This document shows, piece by piece, positions 34,422 to 46,363 of a DNA stretch of 64,000 nt. Positions within the stretch are counted from its first letter, which is position 1; each line of letters starts with the position of its first letter. The stretch covers positions 512,001 to 576,000 of the forward strand of contig CAVZVA010000002.1 of the NCBI GenBank assembly GCA_963778655.1, read 5' to 3'. A program made the position numbers and the translations under genes. This stretch comes from an uncultured delta proteobacterium (GTDB lineage: Bacteria; Myxococcota_A; Polyangia; Polyangiales; JAFGIB01). Under the pieces are notes generated by a model. The model did not search any database and was not told the origin of the DNA. It saw only the letters and a program-made list of their open reading frames with translations.

Positions 34422-37388
34422 ATGATCACGCCGGCCGAAGCCCTTGGACTCAGCGGCGCGACGCTCGAGACGCGCGTGCGCCAGGCCATGCGGCACGTGG
34501 GCGACGCCACGCTCGTGCGGATCGCGCGCCGCCTCGAGGAGGACGCGCGGCTCAATGAAGTGGTGTACGAACGCGACGGCGTGCTCGAGCCGGTCCGCAT
34601 CATCTTGCGCCCCTTACTGGTGATGCCGGAGCAGATCGCCTACGTGCACCAGGTGTGCACGCGCCTGCACGACGCGCTCAAGCGCATGCCGCTGCTCTAC
34701 CTGGAGGACCCGGACGTGCGGCGCGTGCTGCGCATCTCGGACGCCGAGGACCGCTGGTTGCGCGAGGCGTGGAGCACGCACCACAGCAGCGCCAATCCGG
34801 TCTACAGCCGGCTCGACGCGGTCTGCAATTTCTCGGCCGCGGGCTGGCGCGAATCGCTGCACTTCATGGAGCCGAACCTGTCCGGCGTCGGCGGCATCCA
34901 CTACGGCCCGCTGGCCGAAGAGCTGGTGATGCGGGACGTGGTGCCGACGATCGTGGCGCACGATCCCAACCTGTCGATCGAGCTACCGCGCGATCAGCGC
35001 GAGCTGTTCCTGCAAATGCTGCTCGACCACGCGCAGGCGCTTGGAAGGGCCGGCGGCAACCTGTGCTTCGTGGAGCCCAAGTACAGCGCCGGCGGCGCCA
35101 ATGAGCAACCGGCGCTGGTGCGCTACGTGAGCAGCAAGCACGATGGCGCGGTGGTACACGCGGACCCGCGCGAGCTACGTCTGGTCGGCGACGAGGTCTA
35201 CTACGAAGACGTGCGGATCGACGTCGCCTATCGCGACTACGAGACGCGCGATCTGATCGCGCTGGGCGAGGCGGAGGGGCACGATCTGGCGGCAATGCGC
35301 GCGCTGTTCCGCCAGAACCGCGTGGTGTCGTCGATCGGCGGCGACTTCGACCACAAGAGCTGCTGGGAGGTGTTGACCGACGACACGCTGGCGACCCGAC
35401 ACTTCACCGCGGAGGAGCGGCGGCTGTTTTCCAAACACGTGTTGTGGACGCGCGCGGTCTCGGACCGGCGCACCAGCCTGCCGCGCGGCGAGGGTGACTT
35501 GCTCGAGCTGATCCGCACCCAGCGCGAGGAGCTGGTGCTCAAGCCGTCGCGCGCGTTCGGCGGCCAGGACATCCACCTGGGCAGGCTCACCGGCCAGGCC
35601 GAGTGGGAGCTGCTGATCGAGCAGGCCGTACGCCTGGCCGACGATCCGCACCGCTCGTGGGTGGTGCAGCAGGCGACCACCTTGCCGGTGCACGAGTTTC
35701 CCGTGGTGGACGGCAGCGGGCGCGTGAACGAGGAGCCATTCTACGTGGTGATGGGCTTCGCGCCCACCGACGGCGGCCTGGGCGTGCTGTGCCGGGTGTC
35801 GCAGAAGCAGGTGGTCAACGTGGCTCAACGCGGCGGCCTGGCCGCGGTGCTGATCGGCCACGCGCCCTCGGAGCTGCGGGCGCCACTGCGGGCGGCGCCG
35901 CGGCGCGGGGACGCCGAGGAGCGTGTGCGCAGCCGGATCTCGGACCTGCGCGGGCTCGACACCGCGATCGGCCTGCTCGGTTGGGACGAGGAGACGTACC
36001 TGCCCGAAGGCGCGCGCGAAGGCCGCGGCGAGCAGCTGGCAACGCTCGAGAGCCTGCGCCACCGGCTGCTCACGGCGGACGCGCTGGGCGATGAGATCGA
36101 GGAGGCCGCCGAGCAGGCGGCAGCGGGCAGCCTGCTGCAGGCGGAGCTGCGGCGCTTGCGAAGGTTGCGTCGCATCGCGCTGGCCTTGCCGGACGATCTG
36201 GTGCGCGCGTTCGCCCAGGCGCGCTCGCACACGCTCGCGCGCTGGGAGCAGGCGCGCAAGGACGACGACTTCGCGCTGTTCGCGCCGGCGCTGTTGCGGC
36301 TGCTCGGGCTGGTGCGCGAGCGCGCGCAGGCGCTGCAACCGGGCGACGAGCTGTACGACGGGCTGCTCGACGAGTACGAGCCGGCGATGACGCGCGCGCG
36401 GCTCGAGCCGGTCCTGCTGGCGCTGCGCGCGCGGCTGCCGGCGCTGGTCGCGACCCTGGCCGAGCGCACCGCGCGCTATGCCGAGCGGCTGCCGCCGGGG
36501 CGCTACGGGGACGCGCTCCAGGAGAAGCTGTGTGAACAGCTGCTGGTGGATATCGGCTTCGACCTGCAGCGCGGGCGTTTCGACCGCTCGACCCACCCGT
36601 TCACGCTGATGGCGGGCGAGGACGACGTGCGGGTGACCCTGCGCGTGAGCGAGGACAACCCGCTGTCGGCGACCTTCGCCACGCTGCACGAAGGCGGTCA
36701 CGCGCTCTACGATCAGGGCTTCGGCGCCGAGCTGCGCGGCACGCTGTTAGCCGAGGGCCCGGGCATGGGTATCCACGAGTCGCAGTCGCGGCTGTGGGAA
36801 AACGGCGTGGGCCGCAGCCGGGCGTTTTGGGCGTACCAGGGGCCCAAGCTGCGCCGGGCCTTTCCCGAGCTGCTCGCGAGCGTCGACGACGAGGCAATCT
36901 ACCGCACGGTCAACGTGGTGCGACCGGGCGTTAACCGGGTGGAAGCCGACGAGGTCACCTATAACCTGCACATCGTGATGCGCTACCAGCTGGAGCTGGC
37001 GCTGCTGCAGGGCGACCTGCCGGTGGAGGAGCTGCCGCTGGCCTGGGCCGAGCAGAGCCGAACGCTGCTCGGGGTGCGCCCGAGCGGCGCGCTCGACGGC
37101 TGCCTGCAGGACGTGCACTGGGCGCTGGGCGCGTTCGGCTACTTTCCCACCTATGCGCTCGGCAACCTGTGCGCGGCGCAACTGATGGAAGCGTTCGCGG
37201 CGGAGCACCCGCGCTTCGACGACGAGCTCGCGCGCGGTCAGATGGGCGCGCTGCTCGACTGGCTCCGGCGTCAGATCCACAACCACGGCCACCGCTACAG
37301 CGCCGACGAGCTGATCGCGCGCGCCACCGGCCGCCCGCTCGACCCCGAGGCCTTCTTCAGGGCAATCGCGGCCAAGCACGAAGGGTGA
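34422..37388 (+). CDS. Fusion: circularly permuted ATP-grasp ligase-like domain plus carboxypeptidase Taq (M32)
   Basis: N-half: SRLD, FMEPN, DHKS, LVLKPS..FGG.DI.LG, WVVQ; C-half: LLGWDEET, HPF, DVRVT, HEGGH, HESQSR, YNLH, QDVHW, FGYFPTY. Confidence 0.8.
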   Translation: MITPAEALGLSGATLETRVRQAMRHVGDATLVRIARRLEEDARLNEVVYERDGVLEPVRIILRPLLVMPEQIAYVHQVCTRLHDALKRMPLLYLEDPDVRRVLRISDAEDRWLREAWSTHHSSANPVYSRLDAVCNFSAAGWRESLHFMEPNLSGVGGIHYGPLAEELVMRDVVPTIVAHDPNLSIELPRDQRELFLQMLLDHAQALGRAGGNLCFVEPKYSAGGANEQPALVRYVSSKHDGAVVHADPRELRLVGDEVYYEDVRIDVAYRDYETRDLIALGEAEGHDLAAMRALFRQNRVVSSIGGDFDHKSCWEVLTDDTLATRHFTAEERRLFSKHVLWTRAVSDRRTSLPRGEGDLLELIRTQREELVLKPSRAFGGQDIHLGRLTGQAEWELLIEQAVRLADDPHRSWVVQQATTLPVHEFPVVDGSGRVNEEPFYVVMGFAPTDGGLGVLCRVSQKQVVNVAQRGGLAAVLIGHAPSELRAPLRAAPRRGDAEERVRSRISDLRGLDTAIGLLGWDEETYLPEGAREGRGEQLATLESLRHRLLTADALGDEIEEAAEQAAAGSLLQAELRRLRRLRRIALALPDDLVRAFAQARSHTLARWEQARKDDDFALFAPALLRLLGLVRERAQALQPGDELYDGLLDEYEPAMTRARLEPVLLALRARLPALVATLAERTARYAERLPPGRYGDALQEKLCEQLLVDIGFDLQRGRFDRSTHPFTLMAGEDDVRVTLRVSEDNPLSATFATLHEGGHALYDQGFGAELRGTLLAEGPGMGIHESQSRLWENGVGRSRAFWAYQGPKLRRAFPELLASVDDEAIYRTVNVVRPGVNRVEADEVTYNLHIVMRYQLELALLQGDLPVEELPLAWAEQSRTLLGVRPSGALDGCLQDVHWALGAFGYFPTYALGNLCAAQLMEAFAAEHPRFDDELARGQMGALLDWLRRQIHNHGHRYSADELIARATGRPLDPEAFFRAIAAKHEG

Positions 37389-37457
37389 GCGGGCGTAATC
37401 GGGAAGCGGCGACGTATGGCTGTCGCGCTCGCCCGCCGGGGCGCTATGCTCCGGCGC

Positions 37458-37880
37458 ATGACCGAAGAGCACATCGATCCCACCAAGGAGCAGTTCGGGG
37501 AATTCAAGCGCATGCAGCGCCAGGGCCCGATCCACATGCTGAACCTCGTGCGCCTGCGCAAGCGCGCGCGCTACCCGGACGGGCGCGAGGCAAGTGGCGA
37601 GGAGGCCTACCGCGCGTACGCGCGGGAAAGCGGCGAGGCCTTCCGGCGGGTGGGCGGGCGCCAGCACTGGCTGGGGCGCTTCGAGTTGACGCTGATCGGG
37701 CCGAGCGACGAGCACTGGGATCGGGTGTTCATCGCCGAGTATCCGAGCGTCGATGCATTCGTGACCATGCTCCGCGATCCGGTCTACCGCGAGGCGGTCA
37801 AGCACCGGCAGGCCGCGGTCGAGGACTCGCGCCTCATCCGCCTGATGCCGCTGGCGCCGAGCGACGCGTTCGGCGAGTGA
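37458..37880 (+). CDS. DUF1330 family protein
   Basis: GPIHMLNL, AY..Y, LIGP..E.WD...EYPS..AF..M, HRQAAVEDSRL. Confidence 0.8.
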   Translation: MTEEHIDPTKEQFGEFKRMQRQGPIHMLNLVRLRKRARYPDGREASGEEAYRAYARESGEAFRRVGGRQHWLGRFELTLIGPSDEHWDRVFIAEYPSVDAFVTMLRDPVYREAVKHRQAAVEDSRLIRLMPLAPSDAFGE

Positions 37881-37922
37881 CGGGGACGAGCTACCGGCGC
37901 CAGGCGCCATCGCGCACGGCTG

Positions 37923-38426
37923 TTATCCTGGGCCACCCTCACCGCGGGCACGGCGGGCGCGGCGGACCAGGAACGCCACGATGACCAGGTTGAGCGCCAT
38001 GATCGCAATGCGCCCGAGCCGGGGGTGACGCACGCTCGCGGCCAGCTCGATCGGCAGCAGCCCTGCGGTCGTGACCACGACGAGCCAGGGGCCCCAATGC
38101 CGGCGCCCGTAGAGCGCGAGGCCTTCGACCAAGGTGAGCAGCCCGTCCGCCGCGAGCCCGAGCGCGCCCAGCTCCAGGAAGTGCGGCGTGGCGAAACGCA
38201 GCAACACGCGCGCGAGCTCGATGCTCCAGGCTGCGGTCGCATGCTCTCGTAGCGCCCGTGCAGCGTCGGCGACGCCTTGGCCGCCCCCGCGGAGCGCGAG
38301 CAGCAACGCCGCGCAGCAGAGCGCGAGCTGCAACCCCGCCTTGCCGAGCTTGTATGCGATCAACAGGCTGTAGGCACGCTCTGATCCGTCCGCGGCGTGC
38401 CGCAGGTCGCGTCGCTGGGCGTTCAT
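37923..38426 (-). CDS. DUF2127 family membrane protein
   Basis: IAYKLGKA, VEG..L....WG.WL......LLPIE, NLVIV.FL. Confidence 0.75.
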   Translation of the reverse strand: MNAQRRDLRHAADGSERAYSLLIAYKLGKAGLQLALCCAALLLALRGGGQGVADAARALREHATAAWSIELARVLLRFATPHFLELGALGLAADGLLTLVEGLALYGRRHWGPWLVVVTTAGLLPIELAASVRHPRLGRIAIMALNLVIVAFLVRRARRARGEGGPG

Positions 38427-38574
38427 GCTGTGCTCACTGCCCGCGCATTCTGCTGTGCGGGGAGCGAGCGGGGAAGAGCCGGGTTTGCCGAATCGCCCCG
38501 CTCAAGCCCGCGTGCAAGCGCGTGGATCTGAGCGTCCTGCTCCCGAAGCGGGGCAGAACCTCGCGAAACGTGGG

Positions 38575-38594
38575 TGTGGACAACTTGTGAATAG
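38575..38594. promoter_or_regulatory. Tandem DnaA-box-like pair
   Basis: TGTGGACAA (rc TTGTCCACA) and TGTGAATAG (rc CTATTCACA), 2 bp apart in an intergenic region. Confidence 0.45.
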
Positions 38595-38774
38595 ACGCCG
38601 CAGCAACGACATGGCGGCTCACGTCCGCACATCAGATCGCAGATCCTTTTTTGTAACGGCTTCATCTCGGCTCTGCGCAACCCGGATCGAAAGAGGTAGA
38701 GTTTCTCTTCGGCGACGCGCTTCGCAGCAGGCGAACGCGATCCGCATCACCTCGATCGGCTGTGCGCGCTGGCT

Positions 38775-40337
38775 ATGGGATTCTTTTCAAAGCTCTTCAA
38801 GAACGACGAGGACGCGCCCGCCGATGCGCAAGAGCAGCCGCCGGCGCACAGCGGTACCGGCACAGCGACCGGCACGCGGGACGCGGCAGCCCCGACGCCC
38901 GCCGCGAGCGCGGGCGCCGGCTCGAAAGCCGAAGAAGCCGGCCCGAGCCCGGTCGCAACCGGCGCCACGGTCGAGCCCGAGGCGGCGCGGCCGGCCGCAC
39001 CACGGCCGCCGGCGCCGGCCGCCGCGCCTGGAACGACCGCGGCCAGGTCCGCCGCGACCAAGGCAACCCCGCCCTTCCCGGCCGCCGTGCCGCCGCCCAT
39101 GGGCGCGGTCCGGCCCGCGGAGGGAGCAGCGGCCGCGTCGGCCGCGCGCGCGCGTGCAGCGGTCGCAGTCACCAGAGCTACCGCAACCAAGCCCGCAGGG
39201 GCGCCCAAGGCCGCGCCTCCCCCGCTCAAGCTCGGCGGCGCAGCCGCGACCGGACGCACGACGCCCAAGCCATCGCGCGCCAGCGCGGCCGAGCTCGCAG
39301 CGCAGCCGCAGGAAGCCAAGCCCAGCAACGGTGCAGCACGCGCGCCCGCAACCAGCGCGACCGCCGAACGCGCGGGCGCAGCACTCCCGGTCTCGCCGCC
39401 GGCAGCCGAAGCCGCGCTCGATGACGCGGTCGACGCAGCGGTCGATAGGCTGCTCGACGCAGCCGAGACCCAGGCGGACGCGGCCGTCGCCGAGGCCGAA
39501 CGCGAGGCCGATCGGCGGGCTGCCGCGGAGACCTTTCATGCCATGGTCGTTGCGAACGCCGCGCAGGTGCGCGAGCTCATGTTTCAGCTGTCGATGGGAC
39601 GCACGCCGCGGAAGTGGGCGCTCGCGTGCCGGCCCGTGATCGCGCCCTTCCTCGCCGGAGCGCGCCAGATCGAGCTCTCGGACCTCAGTGATGCGCTCGC
39701 GCAGCTCGATGCAGCGCTCGGGCGCGCCGCCGCCGAGCCGGGCGCGTACATTCGCCCCGAGACGGCGAGCGCGATCGAGGCGAGCTATGGGCGGCTCAGC
39801 GCGCTGCTGCCGCAGGCTTTCACCGCGAACGACGACGGCGACGGTCGGCGCCTGCTCCTGCTCGAATCGCTGCTGTTGCAGGTGCCGGCGATGAGCCGCC
39901 GCGCGCTGAACAAGCTCTACAGCGCGGGTCTGGGATCACTCGATCGGCTCGGTGGCGCCGCAGCCGAGGAAATTTCGGCGGTGGCGGGCCTCGACCGCGG
40001 TCTCGCCCGAGCGGTCGCCGAGCGCGTGCAGGAGTTCGAGCGTGAACGCAGTCGCCTCGACTCGGCCGAGCTGCGCCCGCAAGCGCGCGAGCGCCTGCGC
40101 AGCGTGCTGGCGCGCCTGCGGCGACTGCAAGAGGACTTCGAGCATGCCGAGCTCGAGGAGGCGGCCGAACGCAAGCGTGCGGCACGACGCGCACGCGAGG
40201 CCGCGGCCCGCGAGGTCGACGCGCTGCTGGCGCAAGTCGGCGAGCTCCATCTGATCGAGGAGCTGCGGCGCTGCGCGGTACGGAGCAAGATCACGCGGCT
40301 CGAGAGCTACCTCGAGCCGGCGCCGGCATCGGCGTAG
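38775..40337 (+). CDS. Hypothetical protein: amphipathic N-terminus, Ala/Pro-rich linker, helical domain with HhH-like motif and coiled coil
   Basis: MGFFSKLFK; low-complexity stretch of about 200 aa; VPAMSRRALNKLYSAGLGSLDRL..A..EEISAVAGL. Confidence 0.7.
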   Translation: MGFFSKLFKNDEDAPADAQEQPPAHSGTGTATGTRDAAAPTPAASAGAGSKAEEAGPSPVATGATVEPEAARPAAPRPPAPAAAPGTTAARSAATKATPPFPAAVPPPMGAVRPAEGAAAASAARARAAVAVTRATATKPAGAPKAAPPPLKLGGAAATGRTTPKPSRASAAELAAQPQEAKPSNGAARAPATSATAERAGAALPVSPPAAEAALDDAVDAAVDRLLDAAETQADAAVAEAEREADRRAAAETFHAMVVANAAQVRELMFQLSMGRTPRKWALACRPVIAPFLAGARQIELSDLSDALAQLDAALGRAAAEPGAYIRPETASAIEASYGRLSALLPQAFTANDDGDGRRLLLLESLLLQVPAMSRRALNKLYSAGLGSLDRLGGAAAEEISAVAGLDRGLARAVAERVQEFERERSRLDSAELRPQARERLRSVLARLRRLQEDFEHAELEEAAERKRAARRAREAAAREVDALLAQVGELHLIEELRRCAVRSKITRLESYLEPAPASA

Positions 40338-40366
40338 AGAACGCCCAGCGAGGGAAGGTTACGGAC

Positions 40367-41596
40367 ATGGACGTGCCAGCGATGACCCCTGCAGACCTCG
40401 AAGCCAAGGTCAAACGCGGCGACTCGATCGAGCGCGCCGATATGGCCGGACAAGCGCTGCCGGGGGCCAAGCTCGCGCGTGCCAAGTTGCCGCGCGCCGA
40501 TTTCGATGGCGCCAACCTCGAAGGCGCGGACCTGTCCGGCGCAGACCTGTCCGGCGCGAGCCTGCGCGAGGCCTTCCTCGCCAACGCGAAGCTGGCCGGC
40601 GCCAAGCTCGGCAAGGCCGACCTCGACGGCGCCAATTTGAGCGGCGCCGACCTCTCCGGCGCCGATCTCACGCGCGCGAACCTCAGCGGCGCAAACCTCG
40701 AGGGTGCCGCGCTCGCTGGCGCCAAGCTACGCTACGCGCAGCTCGACTCGGCGAACCTCGGCGACGCCATGCTGGAGCGAGCGAACCTGAGCCACGCTGA
40801 TTTGATCGAGTGCCACCTCGGCGGGATCAAGGGCCGGGGCGCCAGCTTCAGCCGTGCCATCCTGCGGCGCGCTGATCTGAGCGAGGCGGACCTAGCTGAC
40901 GCGAGCTTCGACGGCGCAGCGCTCGAGCAAGCCAATCTCCGCTCGGCGCATTGCGAGCGCGCCCGCTTCGTGGATGCCGATCTCAGCCGGACGTGTCTGG
41001 ACGCGGCCTTTCTGGACGAGAGCGACTTGCGGCGGGCCAACCTGCAGGAGGCGAGCCTGGCCGGCGCGTCCTTGACCGGAGCGCACCTGTACGCCGCCGA
41101 AGCCAGCGCACCTCAGCTCTCGACCGCGCGCGCGGGCTTCATCGATCTGAGCGCGGACGGGGACGGCTCGCAGCGGGCTGCGCTTTCGGAGCTTGCGAAG
41201 GACCAAGGCGGCGAGCACAGAGACGGGACGCGTCGCTTCTTCGGTCTCGGAGACGTGCTGCGGAACGCGGACCTGGAGTTCGACGACGCCGCGTACGTGG
41301 AGGTGCAGAGCCGTTTCGAGCACTGCAACATCCGACTCGGTAAGGACGCCGAGCTGGTGGTGGGCGAGCACGGCAGGCTCGAGGATTGCACGATCCACGG
41401 GGGACGCCTGCGGGTGCACGGCAAGATCCTCGAACAGCGCAGCCCCGGCCTGATCGAGACATCACAAGTGTTCGTCAGCGAGAAGGGTGCGCTCTCGGCG
41501 ACGGTGCAACAGCCGCCCGAATCGACGCACTTCGCGTTCGAGCGCGGCTGCCGGCTGCGCCTGCAAATCACAGGACCCAAAAACGGCGGGAGATGA
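40367..41596 (+). CDS. Pentapeptide-repeat protein with C-terminal bactofilin-like beta-helix
   Basis: A(D/N)LxG pentapeptides over about 230 aa; C-terminal LVVGEHGRL..TI...LRVHGKI...V.VSEKGAL.ATV...FAFERGCRL.LQI. Confidence 0.8.
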   Translation: MDVPAMTPADLEAKVKRGDSIERADMAGQALPGAKLARAKLPRADFDGANLEGADLSGADLSGASLREAFLANAKLAGAKLGKADLDGANLSGADLSGADLTRANLSGANLEGAALAGAKLRYAQLDSANLGDAMLERANLSHADLIECHLGGIKGRGASFSRAILRRADLSEADLADASFDGAALEQANLRSAHCERARFVDADLSRTCLDAAFLDESDLRRANLQEASLAGASLTGAHLYAAEASAPQLSTARAGFIDLSADGDGSQRAALSELAKDQGGEHRDGTRRFFGLGDVLRNADLEFDDAAYVEVQSRFEHCNIRLGKDAELVVGEHGRLEDCTIHGGRLRVHGKILEQRSPGLIETSQVFVSEKGALSATVQQPPESTHFAFERGCRLRLQITGPKNGGR

Positions 41597-41608
41597 GAGG
41601 GACAAGCG

Positions 41609-42130
41609 ATGAAGAACAGCAACAGCGGCGAGCAGAGCAGACAGACGACCGTCGAAGAGGGCACCGAATTCAAAGGCACGCTGAGCTCAACCTGTCCGGT
41701 CGTGGTGCGGGGCGTCCTCGATGGTGACATCCGGGCGCCCTCGTTGACGGTAGCTCAGAGCGGTACCGTGATCGGCAACGTGCGCGCGCACAGCATCCGC
41801 TCGGAAGGCGTGCTCGCGGGCAACGTGGACGCCGACGAGGTGTCGCTGTCGGGCAGCGTGCGCAGCGAGACGGTGATTCGCGCCAAGACGCTCGAGGTCA
41901 AGCTCAGGCACGACGAGCGCAAGCTCGAGGTGACTTTCGGCGAATGCATTCTGGAAGTCGGCGACGAGCCGGCGCTGGAAGCCGCGGCGGAGCCCGAGGC
42001 GCGACGGGCGTCGCAAGCGCCCGCGCAAGCGCTGGCTGGCGACGGCGACGGCGACCGGGCCGAAGCAAGCGACGACTCCGAAGGCAAGAACGGACGCAGC
42101 GGACGGCTTTCGGTCCCGCCGCCGAGCTGA
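41609..42130 (+). CDS. Bactofilin (polymer-forming cytoskeletal protein)
   Basis: TTVEEGTEFKGTL...VVVRGVLDGDI....LTVAQSGTVIGNV.A..I...G...GNVDA. Confidence 0.88.
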   Translation: MKNSNSGEQSRQTTVEEGTEFKGTLSSTCPVVVRGVLDGDIRAPSLTVAQSGTVIGNVRAHSIRSEGVLAGNVDADEVSLSGSVRSETVIRAKTLEVKLRHDERKLEVTFGECILEVGDEPALEAAAEPEARRASQAPAQALAGDGDGDRAEASDDSEGKNGRSGRLSVPPPS

Positions 42131-42149
42131 GCGCCCAGCGAGAGTCGCG

Positions 42150-45332
<3,183 letters not shown>

Positions 45333-45376
45333 GCGCCGCCCCGGGCCGGGGCCCTTGCCCGCAGCGGGGGCTGATC

Positions 45377-45405
45377 GGTATACTGCTCGTCAGTTCAGTA
45401 GTCCA
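45377..45405 (-). promoter_or_regulatory. Putative dnaE2 promoter with LexA box (45383-45398) in the spacer
   Basis: Minus strand TGGACT-N17-TATACC; CTGCTC-N4-GTTCAG versus the myxobacterial-type CTGAAC-N4-GTTCAG palindrome. Confidence 0.55.
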
Positions 45406-45424
45406 GGAGTCGTTTGCGACGGCG

Positions 45425-45655
45425 GTGCACATGCCGGGCGAGCTATTCGCGCGCGTCGACGCACGCGCGAAGGCGCTGCCGATCTCCCGCAACCGCTTCG
45501 TCACCGGCGCGCTGACCAGGGCGCTCGCCGAGCAGCCCGAATGGTCGCCTGCGTTCCTGGAGGCGCTCGATTCACTGCAGCCGCTCGACGCCGCGGACGA
45601 GCTGCTCGAAAGCATCGAGACCCGGCGCACGCGCAAGGCGCCGATCGAGCTGTGA
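45425..45655 (+). CDS. Ribbon-helix-helix (CopG/VapB-like) antitoxin, start possibly degenerate
   Basis: (TA)VHMPGELFARVDARAKAL.ISRNRFV..AL; stop overlaps a PIN-like start. Confidence 0.6.
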   Translation: MHMPGELFARVDARAKALPISRNRFVTGALTRALAEQPEWSPAFLEALDSLQPLDAADELLESIETRRTRKAPIEL

Positions 45656-45711
45656 GGTATCTGCTCGACACCAACGCCTTGGCCCTATGGTGGGTCCGCG
45701 GACGCCTGCTT
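45652..45711 (+). pseudogene. Truncated VapC/PIN toxin remnant
   Basis: GTGA overlap; VRYLLDTNAL PIN N-terminal motif, then loss of similarity and collision with an opposite-strand gene. Confidence 0.55.
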
Positions 45712-46344
45712 CTACCTTGGTCTGCTCTCAGGAGCGCTCGCCGGCGAACTTCCTCGCACGAAGACAAGCGTCTGGTTGTTCGCCGGCATCTCGACCCGCT
45801 CGCTCAGGCGCAGCCCGTGCTCGGCCGCGAGCTCGCACACGACCTCTAAATCGCGCACGCCCCAGCGCGGGTCGCGCTCGCGCAGGCTGGCGTCGAACGC
45901 GGCGTTGCTGGGCGCGGTGTGCTGGCCGCCGATCTTGAACGGCCCGTACAGCACGAACGGGGCACCGGCCCGTAGGTGCGCGCCTACGCCGTGCAGCAAC
46001 GCATGGCACACCTCGAACGGCGCGATGTGGATCATGTTGGCGTTGAAGATCGCGTCGTAGCCGCCGACCGACCACGGCTGCTCGGTCACGTCCAGCCGCA
46101 GCACAGGCAGCACCTGCCCGCCTTCCCGGGCCCACGCGCGAATCGACGCGTGCAGCTCGAGGTCGGCCTCGCTCGGCTGCCAGCGCAGGCCGGGCAGCGC
46201 GGCGCTGAAATACGCCGCGTGCTGCCCGCTGCCGCTCGCGATTTCGAGCGCGTCGCCCTGCGCGGGCAACACGCTCCGCAGCACCGCCAGGATCGGCTCG
46301 CGGTTACGCTCGGCCGCGGGCCAGTGGCGGCGCTCGTCGCTCAT
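45712..46344 (-). CDS. DUF938 SAM-dependent methyltransferase
   Basis: AAERNREPIL, LEIASGSGQH, WQPS, NMIHI, YGPF, SNAAFD.SL, WGVRD, MPANN. Confidence 0.92.
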   Translation of the reverse strand: MSDERRHWPAAERNREPILAVLRSVLPAQGDALEIASGSGQHAAYFSAALPGLRWQPSEADLELHASIRAWAREGGQVLPVLRLDVTEQPWSVGGYDAIFNANMIHIAPFEVCHALLHGVGAHLRAGAPFVLYGPFKIGGQHTAPSNAAFDASLRERDPRWGVRDLEVVCELAAEHGLRLSERVEMPANNQTLVFVRGSSPASAPESRPR

Positions 46345-46363
46345 GGATTGCCCTTGCCCGAGC

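Noticed and set aside
38427..38774. Possible replication origin
   Set aside because: Only two DnaA-like boxes, no clear unwinding element, and no dnaA/dnaN/gidA context
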